Source of the DNA: Octopus sinensis
Taxonomy: Eukaryota
Assembly (NCBI RefSeq): GCF_006345805.1
Contig: NW_021833430.1
Coordinates: 9,815-73,814, forward strand
Direction of reading: 5' to 3'
DNA length: 64,000 bases
Shown: positions 36,961 through 49,917 of the stretch, in pieces
Layout: each line of letters starts with the position of its first letter
How positions within the stretch are numbered: the stretch's first letter is position 1
Made by a program: the position numbers and the translations under genes
Notes under the pieces: model-generated
What the model was told of the DNA's origin: nothing
The model's database searches: none
What the model saw: the letters and a program-made list of their open reading frames with translations, nothing else

Positions 36961-38464
36961 GTAACGACTCCCTTAGGCTATGAATGACAACGGCATTGTA
37001 CCTAAAAAGTTCCCTTTCGAGGCACAAGTCAGGGTAAGTTGTTTGCGGAAGACCAGCAGTCGCCCATAAATACCAGCCTCCCCTCTCCACTCCACCAACG
37101 TTGTCCGAGGGAAAGGTCAAGGCCGATACAGTTGTGACGTCACAACTAATTTCTACAGCTGACTGAACTGGAGCATCGGGAAATAAAGTATCATACAGTC
37201 ATACACAACATACAGTCCGGTCCGGGAATCGAACTTCCAACCTCTCGAATGTAAGCTCGACACCTTAACCACTGAGCTATGTGCATTCGAGAGGAAAACG
37301 TGTGTCAGGTTAACTCGTTTAGTGTAGTGGGCAGCTAACTCGCTCTAAGAGAGAGGACGTCGTAGTAGCGGCAGAAAAGGCAGATTACTGGGACATTGTA
37401 TATGTGTAGTAAAAGTTGAACGGGTCTTTATCAGAACAAACAGGTCTAGTATATGTCAAGTAGAGGATATTAACCACTATAAGGTGGTTGATATACTCTG
37501 CTAGCTTGTATGCTTCAATGACTTCGCGTACTATGCAAGCTGAGCACAAGCTCCTGGAATGGCCTGCCATGCTGGACAGGTCAAAAGATACAGGTTGGAC
37601 AGATTAACATGGTCCACCTCTTTCTAGAGGTAAAAATGGGATTACGTAGAGCCAAGAAACCCTACCTAGATAAAAGTAAGTTACAGAAGTATTGTTCGAT
37701 GACAATAAAAAATTAAAAAAACCGAAACTTACGACACAGTGCAGCAAAATCTGAAAGAAGCTGCAAGAAAAACAAGGGACCCAGCTGGAGAGGCGCAGAA
37801 AGTTGGTTGGCATCCTTTCTGTCTCGGGAGACAATGGAGTTGCGCATAAAGTAGTCTAGTCCGGCTTTTATATTTCATGTCCTGATACATTTCCTGCTGT
37901 GGCTGTGTAGTCCTATCCTGGACAAACACTCCCTCTGGCAGGTACCGCAAATGTAGCGTAGACTGTTCCTGGCTGGTTGTAATGCCATAGTCTCTTGTTG
38001 ACGTCTCTTCTTTTCTTTCCATTTCTCCTCTCTCTCTCTCTGTCACTCCTTTGTATTCCCTCTTTTACGGTACGTCACCATTCTCCACGGTTGCCGGCAA
38101 CTGCCTCCCAGCCGCTAAAGCCCAGTGTATAAAGAAGTGGAGAAGAGTTATTGATGGTCTATGCACCTTACAGGCGCGTGGTTTAGTGGTTAGGGAGGTT
38201 GGACTTATGATCGTAAGATTGTGGTTTCGACCCCTGGACCGGACGATGCGTTGTGTTCTTGGGCAAAACAATTAATTTCCCGTTGCTCCTGTCCACTGAG
38301 TTTGCATAAACGGTGTCCCGTTCATGTGGAGAACTTATACGCCACGAAACCGGGAAACCGGCCTTTATGGATCGGCATGACGGCATGACTCGAGAACGTA
38401 ACTTTATCTTTACCCTTGTACTTCTTGCAGAGCGGAGAGGATGTTTAAGCTCCATCCACCAAAC

Positions 38465-39226
38465 CAGGGGTCCCCAAACATTTTTTTTTAATGTATATAA
38501 ACCCTTTTGATTACTATTTTATTCTGGTAGACCTCCATAGCCATTCGATGTTTAAAGATTTCACTTACTCTCTACTCTTTTACTCTTTTACTTGTTTCGC
38601 CATGATGGAGTACAGCCTTTAGTAAAGCAAATCGACCACAGGACTTATTCATTGGAAGCCTAGTACTTATTCTATCGGTGTCTTTTGCGGAACCGCTAAG
38701 TTACGGGGACGTAAACACACCACCATCGGTTGTCAAGCGATGTTGGGAGAACAAACACAGACACACAAACACAGACACACACACGCACATATATATACAC
38801 ATATATGATCTTCTTTCAGTATCCGTCTACCAAATCCACTCACAAGGCTTTGGTCGGCCCGAAGTTATAGTAGAAGACACTTGCCCAAAGTGCCACGCAG
38901 TGGGACTGAACCCGGAATCATGTGGTTGGTAAGCAAGCTACTTACCACACAGCCACTCCCTCTTGCACCTATGAAACTTATAGAAACTCCTTTAAAACAT
39001 CCCGTTTCGTTTTTCACACACTTGCTTGTGTAGGCTGTGTAAGATGTTAGAGAAAGAAACCTAGCTGTTTCTTGCAATATGTACCAATACATACATCTAA
39101 AGCAACATTTTTTCAGAGGCCCTTAAAATGCTATCACGGTTCCTCAATTCACTATTTTACACGTGGACCCCGCAAAATCTTATATGGACCATAAGGGGCC
39201 ATATGGAGCCCGGTTGAGATCCACTG
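38465..39226. mobile_element. hAT-like MITE containing a SINE A insertion (38565-38960, minus)
   Basis: CAGGGGTCCCCAAAC ... GGTTGAGATCCACTG ends, typical of hAT-Charlie TIRs. The 8-bp TSD is only partly conserved. Confidence 0.6.
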
Positions 39227-39639
39227 AGCTAAACATTGTAGCGATTTAGTTGTGAAAAATAGTGTCATAGCCTGATAAAAGTGGACGATCGTATTACAAT
39301 CATTAAAACCTCATAAACAGATATTGCCGTTAAACGTATATACTGTATACAAATATACAACAAGGATAAAGCTAAAGAAACAACTATGTCGTGACTCGAT
39401 GTGGTAGAAATAACAGCCGAATCTCTCTGTCAAACAACACCCTGTTGCCTTAAGATATATCAGAAAATGTAGTTCAAGGCTACAATATTCCTAATAAACA
39501 AAATAATCAAATAAATAAACATGAAAAATACTTATGACCTCAATGTTCCTTATCATTTATCATTGCTCAATAAGGGATGAATTTCGATTTACAACAACTA
39601 AAAAACATCATCTACATTATTATTATCATTATCAACATC

Positions 39640-39649
39640 AACAACAGCA

Positions 39650-39708
<59 letters not shown>

Positions 39709-39880
39709 CACAGCCACCACCACCACCACTACTATTACTACAACTACCACCACCGCCACCACTACTAATACTGTTATTACTACTACTACCACCATCACCA
39801 CCACCACCAATACTTCTACTACTACCACCACAACCACCATCACCACCACCATCACCTCCTCCACCACCACCACCACCACA

Positions 39881-39912
<32 letters not shown>

Positions 39913-40175
39913 ACTACTACCACCACCACCACCACCACAACCACCACCACCACTACTACTACTACTACTACCACCACCACCATCACCACTTATAGTACTA
40001 CTACTACCACCACCACCACCACCATCACCACTTATAGTACTACTACTACTACCGCCACTACTACCACCACCACCACTACTACCACCACCACCAACAACAC
40101 TACCACAACCACCATCACCACTTATAGTACTACTACTACTACCGCCGCCGCCACCACCACCACCACCACCACCAC

Positions 40176-40212
<37 letters not shown>

Positions 40213-40445
40213 ACTACTACTACTACTACCACCACCATCACCACTTATAGTACTACTACTACTACCACCACCACCACCACCACCACCACTTATAGTACTA
40301 CTACTACTACTACCGCCACTACTACCACCACCACACCACTACCACCACCACCACCACCACCAACAACACTACCACAACCACCATCACCACTTATAGTACT
40401 ACTACTACTACCGCCGCCGCCACCACCACCACCACCACCACCACC

Positions 40446-40514
<69 letters not shown>

Positions 40515-40517
40515 GCT
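39640..40517. repeat. Compound (ACT)n/(ACC)n microsatellite with higher-order unit CACCATCACCACTTATAGTACTACT
   Basis: The marker CACTTATAGTACT recurs about six times. Confidence 0.95.
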
Positions 40518-40853
40518 ATCGCGCGTATGTGCAAGTGGATATATATAGAATTAGTAGATTTATGGAACAGAATATAGTGCTTCATCCATTACCATCCATT
40601 GCTGGTTTTTTGTAAGAATTCTTGCGATGTGAAGAAATAACGGGCAAACATGCACCGGTACGAGCATAGGAACTTATATGCGGACACAAATAATACACAT
40701 GCATACACAGGCACACACACATCCATGCACATATACATACACACAAATACATGCATACACTCACACGCACACATTTATGTACCTGAATATATTCTGTGTA
40801 ATACATTCTAAATCTGCATAACCTCCTTCCGAGGGCCATCTCTTTCCCACCTT

Positions 40854-40914
<61 letters not shown>

Positions 40915-41072
40915 GCACGCACACACATACACGCATATACACACATACATATGCGCGCGCATACGTACATTGATGCATACATAATTACATGCACACATAC
41001 TTGCATTTATATATACATACATGCATATATACTTGTATATATATATATATATATATACATACATTTATATAT

Positions 41073-41118
<46 letters not shown>

Positions 41119-41150
41119 TATATATATATATATTATATATATATATATAT

Positions 41151-41183
<33 letters not shown>

Positions 41184-41482
41184 ATATGTATATGTATATG
41201 CATATATGTATCTATGTATGCATGTATATATGTATGTATATACGTACAGGCACAAGCGTAGAAACCCAGCTTCACTCTGCTTAGCTCGCAGGAAAAGAAT
41301 GAGAAAGATAAGCTCCCAAGACAGGAACATTTAACCCTGGTGTCTGCTACAGCTGTGTGGCCTTTCATGACCCATCTACATCGTTCTGTTAGACTAGATA
41401 ACATTGATGTACTTGGCTATGGATGTAGTGAATATATCATTGGGCATATACATACATACATACATATATACACACACATACA

Positions 41483-42398
41483 TCTATATATATAAAACTC
41501 AACTTGTGTGTCTGTGTGTGTATCTGTGTGTGTGTCTGTGTGTTTAACTTCCCGGCACATCTCCTCCTAGCCAACAAATCGTAGAACCACCAAAAATGGG
41601 TCACTTGAAGTTTAGGCGAATGAAAATTGAACTGCGCTATTTCTGTTCCGAAATTCATCTCGCAAGTGCAAAAATCAATAATGTGTTTGTTCAGGCCTTA
41701 TCCCATGCATTGAATAGTGAACTTTACTCAGTCAGCTGTTTGACGTGAACTGTGTTCACCACGCGTGCAAGCATGCGTAAATTGCATGAAAAATAAAAAA
41801 TCAAGATATAAAAACGAATCGCCGTAAACATTGTAGAAATTCGGCAAAGAAATGAATTTTCGGGATGTAGCCTGGAGGTTTTTTTCGTATTAATCGTTTG
41901 GACTTTGTGAACACATAGCAATTGTTTTCATAACATTTTTAACGCTTTGAATTAAATGTGACCATTCTGCGTTGAGTCAGCAGTTTGAATCACTTTAACC
42001 AAATTTTAGCAGGCCGGATTTTTGATCATCACGATACATCGCCAGCGACTCCCAGAAATTCTCCCCAGAAATCTCAGTTGAGAAATACTGATCTAAAAGA
42101 ATAATTCAACAATGCAATTATTTGATCAACAAAAATCTATGAAACGTTTCTACCCACTTCCTATTGAGGAAATGGAACACAAAAGCGCAAAAATAGAGGG
42201 CATTAAATGCTTGATTTTAAAACCAAAATAATTGAGTTTTGATTGAACTTCATCCAAGTTTAGCTTAATTCGCGCGTGCATAGAACGCACGAGCGCACGT
42301 ACGTACATTGTGTAAGAAAGTATTGATTTTTCACTCGCAGATTAATCGATTTTCCTCAGTGCGATTAATAGTCACACAAAGCCGGGCAATACTGCTAG
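41483..42398 (+). mobile_element. Non-autonomous Helitron (longer internal region)
   Basis: A|TCTATATATATAAAACTCAACTTGTGTG ... GCCGGGCAATACTGCTAG|T. Confidence 0.78.
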
Positions 42399-42418
42399 TT
42401 AGTGTGTATATATATATA

Positions 42419-42489
<71 letters not shown>

Positions 42490-43511
42490 GATATGCATAA
42501 ATATATATAAGTATATATTCATATACTCCCCCTCCTACACACACATAGGAAAGATACTATACTTAAAAATAAGTACCAGAGATAAGAATTTCAACGAAAC
42601 CCTTCAACGCGGTGCCCCACTATGGCCGCAGTCCATTCCAGGGATTAAATGACGAAATGGTTGAAGGAAAACAGCGGTGACGCTGGTTGTGGAAATCACT
42701 TTTCGTCTCATACACTCATTAGCACTTAATCTATCTGCAAATTAAATTTGAAGCAAATCAGATATTAAATGCTAAAGTTATTGAGCAAATAAAAATTCGC
42801 AATCAAATTGAAAAAATCGTTATTATGCAGCTTTTTGTCCTCCCCTTACAGCCTAAGTAAAATATTCTTCCTTAATAGTCATTCTCGTAACGAGAAATGC
42901 AAAAGTTATTGCAAAACGTGGCCGCTGATTTGTAATTATCGATGTTTTCAAGAATCTGAGTATGCGATGAGGTTTCTAGGCATGAGTTATACTCACGTGC
43001 CAAGTTTCATCAATATCAATAAAACGATTTAGGTGGAGTTAGCTAACAATTCCGCAAAAACACTCTCACTCTCACGGGCAGAATTTCCCACATACCCGAT
43101 CACGCGGTTAAACCATTGGGAGTGAAGGACTCCTAGCCTTTGTTAGGGCATCCTTCTAGGAAGGTAACTCAGGTAACTGGGATAACTCCAACATAAAACC
43201 TGCGGCTCAGTGGTTGACTTGTTCTTTTCGGATTATGGCTGCTGTTGCTTAGTGTGTGGGATTGACTCAGTGCACAGCCTTTCCTCACAAATTCTTCTTG
43301 CAGAGGAATTGCACGATAACAACATTGTTCATGATTGTTGATGGTGCTGTGAGTCTCAACTGAATGGCTGGTTGTAGCCTTAAAAAGCAAATAAAAGTCA
43401 CATTCGATCACAGCACCAATAACAGGGGGCAGCCATCATATATATGATAGATCGTTAGCTCCAACACGCATTTTTTTCTCTCCTTGTTTCTCTCCTTTTT
43501 TTTTCTGTGTA

Positions 43512-43549
43512 TCTTTCTGTCGAAGAGCGTAGGCTCGAAACCTAAAAGA
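43512..43549 (+). ncRNA. Degenerate minimal hammerhead ribozyme in a Penelope-like terminus
   Basis: TCTTT-CTGTCGA-A-GAGC(GTAG)GCTC-GAAA-CCTA-AAAGA. Core A6 is mutated; stems I and II are intact. Confidence 0.55.
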
Positions 43550-43754
43550 CTTTTTCTATTTCTATTCCTGAGCGCTGTGCTAATACATTTGTTTGTTTGT
43601 ACTCCACCTGCCTTCGTCTTTTGTTTATTTTCGTAAACTTTCCCTTTATATATATATTTTTTTTTTGTACTTGTTTCAGTCATTTTGACTGCGGCCATGC
43701 TGGAGCACCGCCTTTTGCATATATATATATTATATATATATATATATATATGTA

Positions 43755-44985
43755 CAGGGTCAGGCAAAATGATCTGACACATTTGTGGGTTAAATAAAAG
43801 GCATTGTTTTTCGTTTCTTTTTCAGTTGCTGCCATGAATTGGACTGGTGAGCATCGCGCTTTCATTGTGCAAACGTTTATCATAACAAACGATTCTGTAA
43901 CTGCAACACAAAGAGCGTTCCGTTTGCACTTCAATCTTGGTAGACATGATCCCATACCAGCTCGAAACACGATCTTGTTATGGGTTACCAATTTCAGAGC
44001 TACTGGATCTGCATTGAAACGAAAATCAACCGGCCGACCTCGCACCGCCAGAACTCCAGAAAATGTGGCAGCGGTAAGAGCTTCAGTTCAACAGTCTCCA
44101 CGCCGTTCCACATTTAAACGCGCCCAGGCTCTTAGACTTTCCGAAAGAAGTTTGCGAAGAATTCTTCACAATGATCTTCAAATGCATCCATACAAAACGA
44201 TGTTGGCACAAGAACTCAGCGAAAGAGACACTGAAACTCGCAGAGCATTGTGTTTGGAAATTCAACAACATGTCCCCCATGCAGCAGTTGTGTTGTTCAG
44301 TGACGAGGCACATTTTCACCTGTGTGGCACAGTGAATAAGCAAAACTTCAGATACTGGGCCGAGAACAACCCTCGTGAGTTGCATGAACGCCCTTTGCAT
44401 TGTCCTCGGGTGTGCTGTGGCAGAATTCGGTATATGGGGTCCGTACTTCTTCGAAGAAGACAATGTTACAGTGATTGTGAACTCTGATCGATATTGTGAG
44501 ATGCTAGAGACTTTCTCAGACCAAAATTAAATATGCTCCACGATGTGGACAATGTTTGGTTTCAACAGGATGGGGCAACAGCCCACACTTCTCGACGTGC
44601 GATGGGGATTTTGAGGAATATGTTCCCTGGTCATTTGATCTCATTGCGTGGTGACATCGGTTGACCCGCCCGTTCACCTGATTTAAATCCGTGCGATTTT
44701 TTTCTCTGGGGATACCTCAAGTCAAAGGTATACATTAATCGCCCTCGATCTATTGAACAATTTAAAGATGCAATTCGTCAAGAAATTACTGCCATTCCAC
44801 ATGAAATGACCTTCGACAGTGTGTGGACAATAATGGATCCCATTTGACTGATTTAATTTTTAAAACATAATGAAACAAAATGGCATTATATGTACTTTTC
44901 AAAAATAAAAACATTTTTTTGTTTCTTTACTTCATTTGCCTTTTATTTAACCTACAAATGTGTCAGATCATTTTGCCTGACCCTG
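43755..44985 (+). mobile_element. Tc1/mariner-superfamily DD41D (rosa/Visitor-type) transposon, both TIRs intact, transposase pseudogene 43834-44870
   Basis: TA TSD and ~49-bp TIRs CAGGGTCAGGCAAAATGATCTGACACATTTGT(G/A)GGTTAAATAAAAGGCA. Motifs VLFSDEAHF, WFQQDGATAH and *PARSPDLNPCDFFLWG, with 41 residues counted between D2 and D3. Frameshift near 44410; TGA at 44662. Confidence 0.94.
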
Positions 44986-45005
44986 TATATAATTATATAC
45001 ATAAC

Positions 45006-45462
45006 TATAACAAGGGCTTGGCTTTTGCCTCACCACGCACTGAAAAATAGTCGTAATAAGGTGTAATATTTACACCTTATTCAAAACTGTACTAACTGCA
45101 GACTTGATCTTTAACACACTGCACGTGGCTGTAAAAGAAGGATAGGAATTCTCCTTCTCAGCATATCTCTGCGCATCTCGACAGATATAAGCTAAGCGAA
45201 GACGCAGGTCGCTTACATATTCGTGGTCACTTGTATATTTATGCCCGGAATACCGACGCTGATGAAGGCAATAGGTAATGTTTTTATTACTTTAAGCCCG
45301 AAACACGATCATGTACGCGGTTAAACTAAGTTTTAATTAATTTTCTTTCTTCTGCTAGCCTAATATGTAGTGTGTTTTTCTCGGAGAATTTATGGTGATA
45401 ATAGGGTCCTTTGACGTCTATTTTTCAGTGCGTGGTGAGGCACAAGCCAAGCCCTTGTTATA
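45006..45462. mobile_element. Foldback element with 45-bp inverted arms, probable Penelope-like pseudo-LTR remnant
   Basis: 45006-45050 is the near reverse complement of 45418-45462. Contains a hammerhead motif. Confidence 0.65.
45252..45321 (+). ncRNA. Type I hammerhead ribozyme candidate
   Basis: ACCGACG-CTGATGA-A-GGC..GGTAAT..ATTACT..GCC-C-GAAA-CA(CGATCA)TGTA-CGCGGT. Intact core, stems I-III pair, GUA cleavage triplet at 45313-45315. Confidence 0.65.
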
Positions 45463-45558
45463 ATTAAGTATATAATTATAAAATGTTTATAAAATTTACC
45501 TATGAGGTTTTATTTCCGCGCTGACCACTTGGTAAAAATCATTAATGATTTTTTACCC

Positions 45559-45617
<59 letters not shown>

Positions 45618-45665
45618 ACACACACACATATATATATATGTATGTGTGTGTGTATGTGTGTGTGT

Positions 45666-45714
<49 letters not shown>

Positions 45715-45874
45715 CATGTGTGGTTCTGTTCCAGCATGACCGCAGTTTTCGAGCTGAAACTAGTTAAAGAGTAATATATATATATAAATTAAATTAGAGA
45801 TAAAACCACTATTAGGCAACTCAAACAGTGATAGACATAAACCAAAACAAAAAACAAAAAATGAATAGAATTAA

Positions 45875-46171
45875 TCTTTATATATAAAAGTGAAGTTGTG
45901 TGTCTGTCTCCTACGATTTAGATTCCTAACTACTCCCACATTTTGCGGTGCAGTGTAACCAAAAGCGGGTATCTTATAGTCGTGATTCATATCGAGCCCT
46001 TCTGGGTATTAGTGCGCGTCTACGATGAGTCTACGATTTAAAAAAAAATTTACCATCATTTTTTCCATTTTAATGCATTTTTTTGCTATCATATAAGGGA
46101 AGTAACTCTCTAAAAATGCTTATATAGTTATTTCCCTTACAAATCCGAGGAACGCCGGGCGATACTGCTAG
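45875..46171 (+). mobile_element. Non-autonomous Helitron
   Basis: A|TCTTTATATATAAAAG ... CCGAGGAACGCCGGGCGATACTGCTAG|T. Internally deleted relative of 5732-6237. Confidence 0.82.
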
Positions 46172-46473
46172 TATAATATATAATATATATATAAAATATA
46201 AAATTAAAAATTTTTACTTATTATATTATATTTAACTTTTTTATACTTTTTGATTACTTATAAAAAAAATTAAAAGTTTAAAAATTTAAAAATTTAAAAA
46301 TAAAAAAATTAAAAATATAAATTAAAAAATTTTAAATTTTAATATTTTATATTTTAAATTTTATATTTTATATATATATTATATATTATATTAATTATAT
46401 TTATTTGTTGTTTTTTATGTTTTGGTTTATGTCTATCACTGTTTGAGTTGCCTAATAGTGGTTTTATCTCTAA

Positions 46474-47000
46474 CTAGCAGCATAGCCCGGCGTTGCCAGG
46501 GTATGAAAGAGCCCCCTAGTAGGCAACGACTAATCCCAATCTAGTCCTTTCCCTCTAATTTCCTGCCAATTTGTGAAAGATATTGTCGAAAATATGTCAT
46601 CTTGAATTTGAACGCGATTTTCCAAAATGGCATGATTTTATCGATTTTTTCTGATGGTAAGGTATTGCATGGAAAACTAACATCAGAATTAAGTTTCTTA
46701 GGGTAACATTAAGCTTCACCATGAGTTTGGTGAAAATCGATTGCAAGTTGCGAAAACTACAACAGAAAATGTGTTGCATATAAAAAGCATAGATTCTCGA
46801 CCCCATGTCGAATATATCAATCTTTTTCAGAATTGGGGGAACTTTTCAAAATTTTCGCTGCGTTAGTTTTGAATTATGACATTGGGCTATGTGTGTCAAG
46901 TTTCATCAGAATCGGTTGAAAGCTGTGGTCAGGGTGAGGGTACAACCTGACAGACACACAGACACACAGACAGACAAACTGCCGTTTATATATAGAGAGA
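46474..47000 (-). mobile_element. Non-autonomous Helitron
   Basis: Minus strand A|TCTCTCTATATATAAA ... CCTGGCAACGCCGGGCTATGCTGCTAG|T. Confidence 0.8.
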
Positions 47001-47081
47001 TTTAATTTATATTTATATTTATACTGTGAAATTTGATTTAATCCTAATCTAATTTTTCCCTGTAAGTTTGGATATACTCCC

Positions 47082-47185
<104 letters not shown>

Positions 47186-47320
47186 TATATAAATATTAGG
47201 GAATAAATCCAAACTTACAGGGAAAAATCAGATTTAGGATTGAATCCAATTTTATAGTAAAATATTATATTATATTAAATTAGAGACAAATAAGTCTCTA
47301 ATTATTTTGTCTCTAATTTA

Positions 47321-47389
<69 letters not shown>

Positions 47390-47758
47390 TCTCTTTTACT
47401 CTTTTACTCTTTTACTTGTTTCAGTCATTTGACTGCGGCCATGCTGGAGCACCGCCTTTAGTCGAGCAAATCGACCCCGGGACTTATTCTTTGTAAGCCC
47501 AGTACTTTGTAAGCCCAGTACTTATTCTATCGGTCTCTTATTCTATCGGTTGTCAAGCAATGCTAGGGGGACAAACACAAACATATACACACACACCTAT
47601 ATATATATACATATATACGTTAGGCTTCTTTCAGTTTCCGTCTACCAAATCCACTCACAAGGCATTGGTCGGCCCGGGGCTATAGCAGAAGACACTTGCC
47701 CAAGATGCCACGCAGTGGGACTGAACCCGGAACCATGTGGTTGGTTAGCAAGCTACTT

Positions 47759-49779
47759 TATTTCATTTAATTTGCCACAAGGGCAGCACAAAGAGTAGCT
47801 ACGGGCTGGACAAGGACATTAATGGATGATGGTGGTGATTGATGAATATGGTGATGGGAGAAGTCAGAAAGCGCCCGCCGACTTTTGCTTCTCTAAAACA
47901 ATGTTCTTTTTTTCAAAAATTACAAAAATTTCAAAAAATTTTCACAAAAATTTCAATTAACAATTTACACTTTTAAAAGTCTCTTCAGAGGCAATAAACC
48001 TCTGTCACAATGTAACACAATTACAATTTTACGTTACCTGACCGATGAACTCTCTTGCTTTAATGACGCAATCGTCCATTGTCAGGCTTCCGCATACAGG
48101 TATGACTTGCAAGAGATCCTCCGGGAAAGAATTCTCGATCCTGCACATATCATTTTCGAGTAGGACCTCCGCAGCCAGCTGCGAAGGCCACTCGGGATAC
48201 TCCATGCAGGACCGAAGTCCCTCCCATTCGTTTCTCTTCCTCCTCTTACGTATTTCATTTTCTACAGTGCCTCTTTTATGGAAGAGGACTACATAAAATT
48301 TCTCCGGCATCACAATCGCCGGAGGACACCTGGGAGACGCCCTCTGGGTGTTACAGTCCGCTGGTGGCGTCCCGTTCCTCTTTTTCTTTTTCTTTTTACG
48401 CTGGGCCTCGGGAGGTTGAGGTTCCGGTGCTATACGCACCGGGTCCTCTTTTTCTTCCGCAGCCTCCGGTTCCTTTGGTGGGTCGCCATTGCTCCCCACT
48501 CTTCTTTTTCTTTTGGAGGAGGATTTTTTCCCCTCCTCACTTTGTTTCTCTCCCTCCATTGGTGGGGCAGAGAGAGGCTCTGATATTAACTTCTCCAGGA
48601 TCCTACTCTGGTTCCTGGGGCAGTTTTTCTTAATATGGCCGGTCTCCGAACACAGGTGACACTTGGGGGCGCGTCCCTCTAGCATCACCGGATACTTGGA
48701 CCCGGCCATCTTCAGGAAGTCCGGCAAAACCAGACTCTTGGCCGACTGGGTCCACAGAGTCAAAGTAGCCTTTGCCCCTTCCCAGTCAGCCGCAGGCTGC
48801 ATTCTCACGTTCAGGATCTTGGCGCTACCACCACTCAGACCCCGACGGATGGAATCTTCCACCCACTCGGGCTCAAAGCCGGGCGGCAGGCCGCAGACCC
48901 ATAAACATATCAATTTTTCCCCCTTATAGCTTGGGAGAAACAGAATCTCTTCGCCCTCAATGGGCTTACTCGCGAAATCGCAAGCTGCTTTTCAAACAGC
49001 AACCAAATCGTTGCGTATTTGGCTCCCCGTTGAATATGTTTAACGGCTGGCATATAGTCTGCCAGCTCGTTCATAATTGTGTCTTTCGGAAAGACCATTA
49101 CGGTGTCGAGTGACTTCGAATATGTCCTCAGCACCACTGTCTTTTCCTCAAGTTCGTTCAAATATTTTTTGGGAGGTGTTAATTCCCACACTGTGAAATT
49201 CCTTGCCATAACGTAAAAAAACCAGTTCAAAATGTTACAAAATAAATTAGACACAGAAAGGAGAATGAAAAAGGCAACAGAAGGGAAGAAATAAAATTAA
49301 AATGGCAGTTCAAAGAAAGTTCTTTTTTTACAAATGAATGATAGACGGAGAAAGAGAGTTCAAATTCAGACAAAGGAATTAATTTTTCTTTTTTTTTTGT
49401 TCACTTTTTCGGCTAAAAATTGTATTCCAGGCCAAGTATATGGTTGGTACAACACCTTGGTAAATAATCCTTGGTAAATCCCGCGGATAACACAACGACA
49501 ATTTCAAAAATAATTTTTGCAGACGGACTACGCCGCCTCAAAAACACAATTTTCTTCACACCCGACAACAGGCAGAAAAATTATATCCGGAGCAAAGTGG
49601 AGCCTTATTATCTGCTAAAAAAATATTTAATGCTAAAAAACATTAATGCAAGTAATAAAACTTCACTTCGCTCGCAAAAATACAAAATTCCTACCTTTAG
49701 TCGAGTCGAAAGTTCAACAATTCATGTTGAAACAACGTGGCAACCGGAGCAGCAAAATGACACGTCCGAACAGTTCAGA
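47759..49779 (-). mobile_element. ORF1-only non-LTR retroposon with target-site duplication
   Basis: TSD GGTTAG(A)CAAGCTACTT at 47743-47758 and 49780-49796. One Gag-like ORF, no RT, short 3' tail. Confidence 0.8.
48029..49209 (-). pseudogene. LINE ORF1/Gag-like protein with CCHC zinc knuckle; one frameshift near 48985
   Basis: ORFs 48910-49254 and 48029-48913 join into ~390 aa from ATG 49209. Contains LWVCGLPP (RRM-like), CHLCSETGHIKKNC (CX2CX4HX4C) and basic KRKRR / RKKKKKR stretches. Confidence 0.8.
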
Positions 49780-49838
49780 GGTTAGACAAGCTACTTACCA
49801 CACAGCCACTCCTGTGTACATACATACATACATACTAC

Positions 49839-49913
<75 letters not shown>

Positions 49914-49917
<4 letters not shown>

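Larger units (their letters stand above)
45785..47010. mobile_element. AT-rich inverted-repeat element (arms ~45785-45848 and ~46418-46473) carrying two Helitron insertions
   Basis: TTAGAGATAAAACCACTATTAGGCAACTCAAACAGTGATAGACATAAACCAAAACA and its reverse complement. The right arm resumes after the Helitron at 47001. Confidence 0.75.
47388..49813 (-). mobile_element. SINE family A split by a 2-kb insertion (pieces 47388-47758 and 49780-49813)
   Basis: The SINE stops at CAAGCTACTT and resumes CAAGCTACTTACCACACAGCCACTCCTG. Confidence 0.85.
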
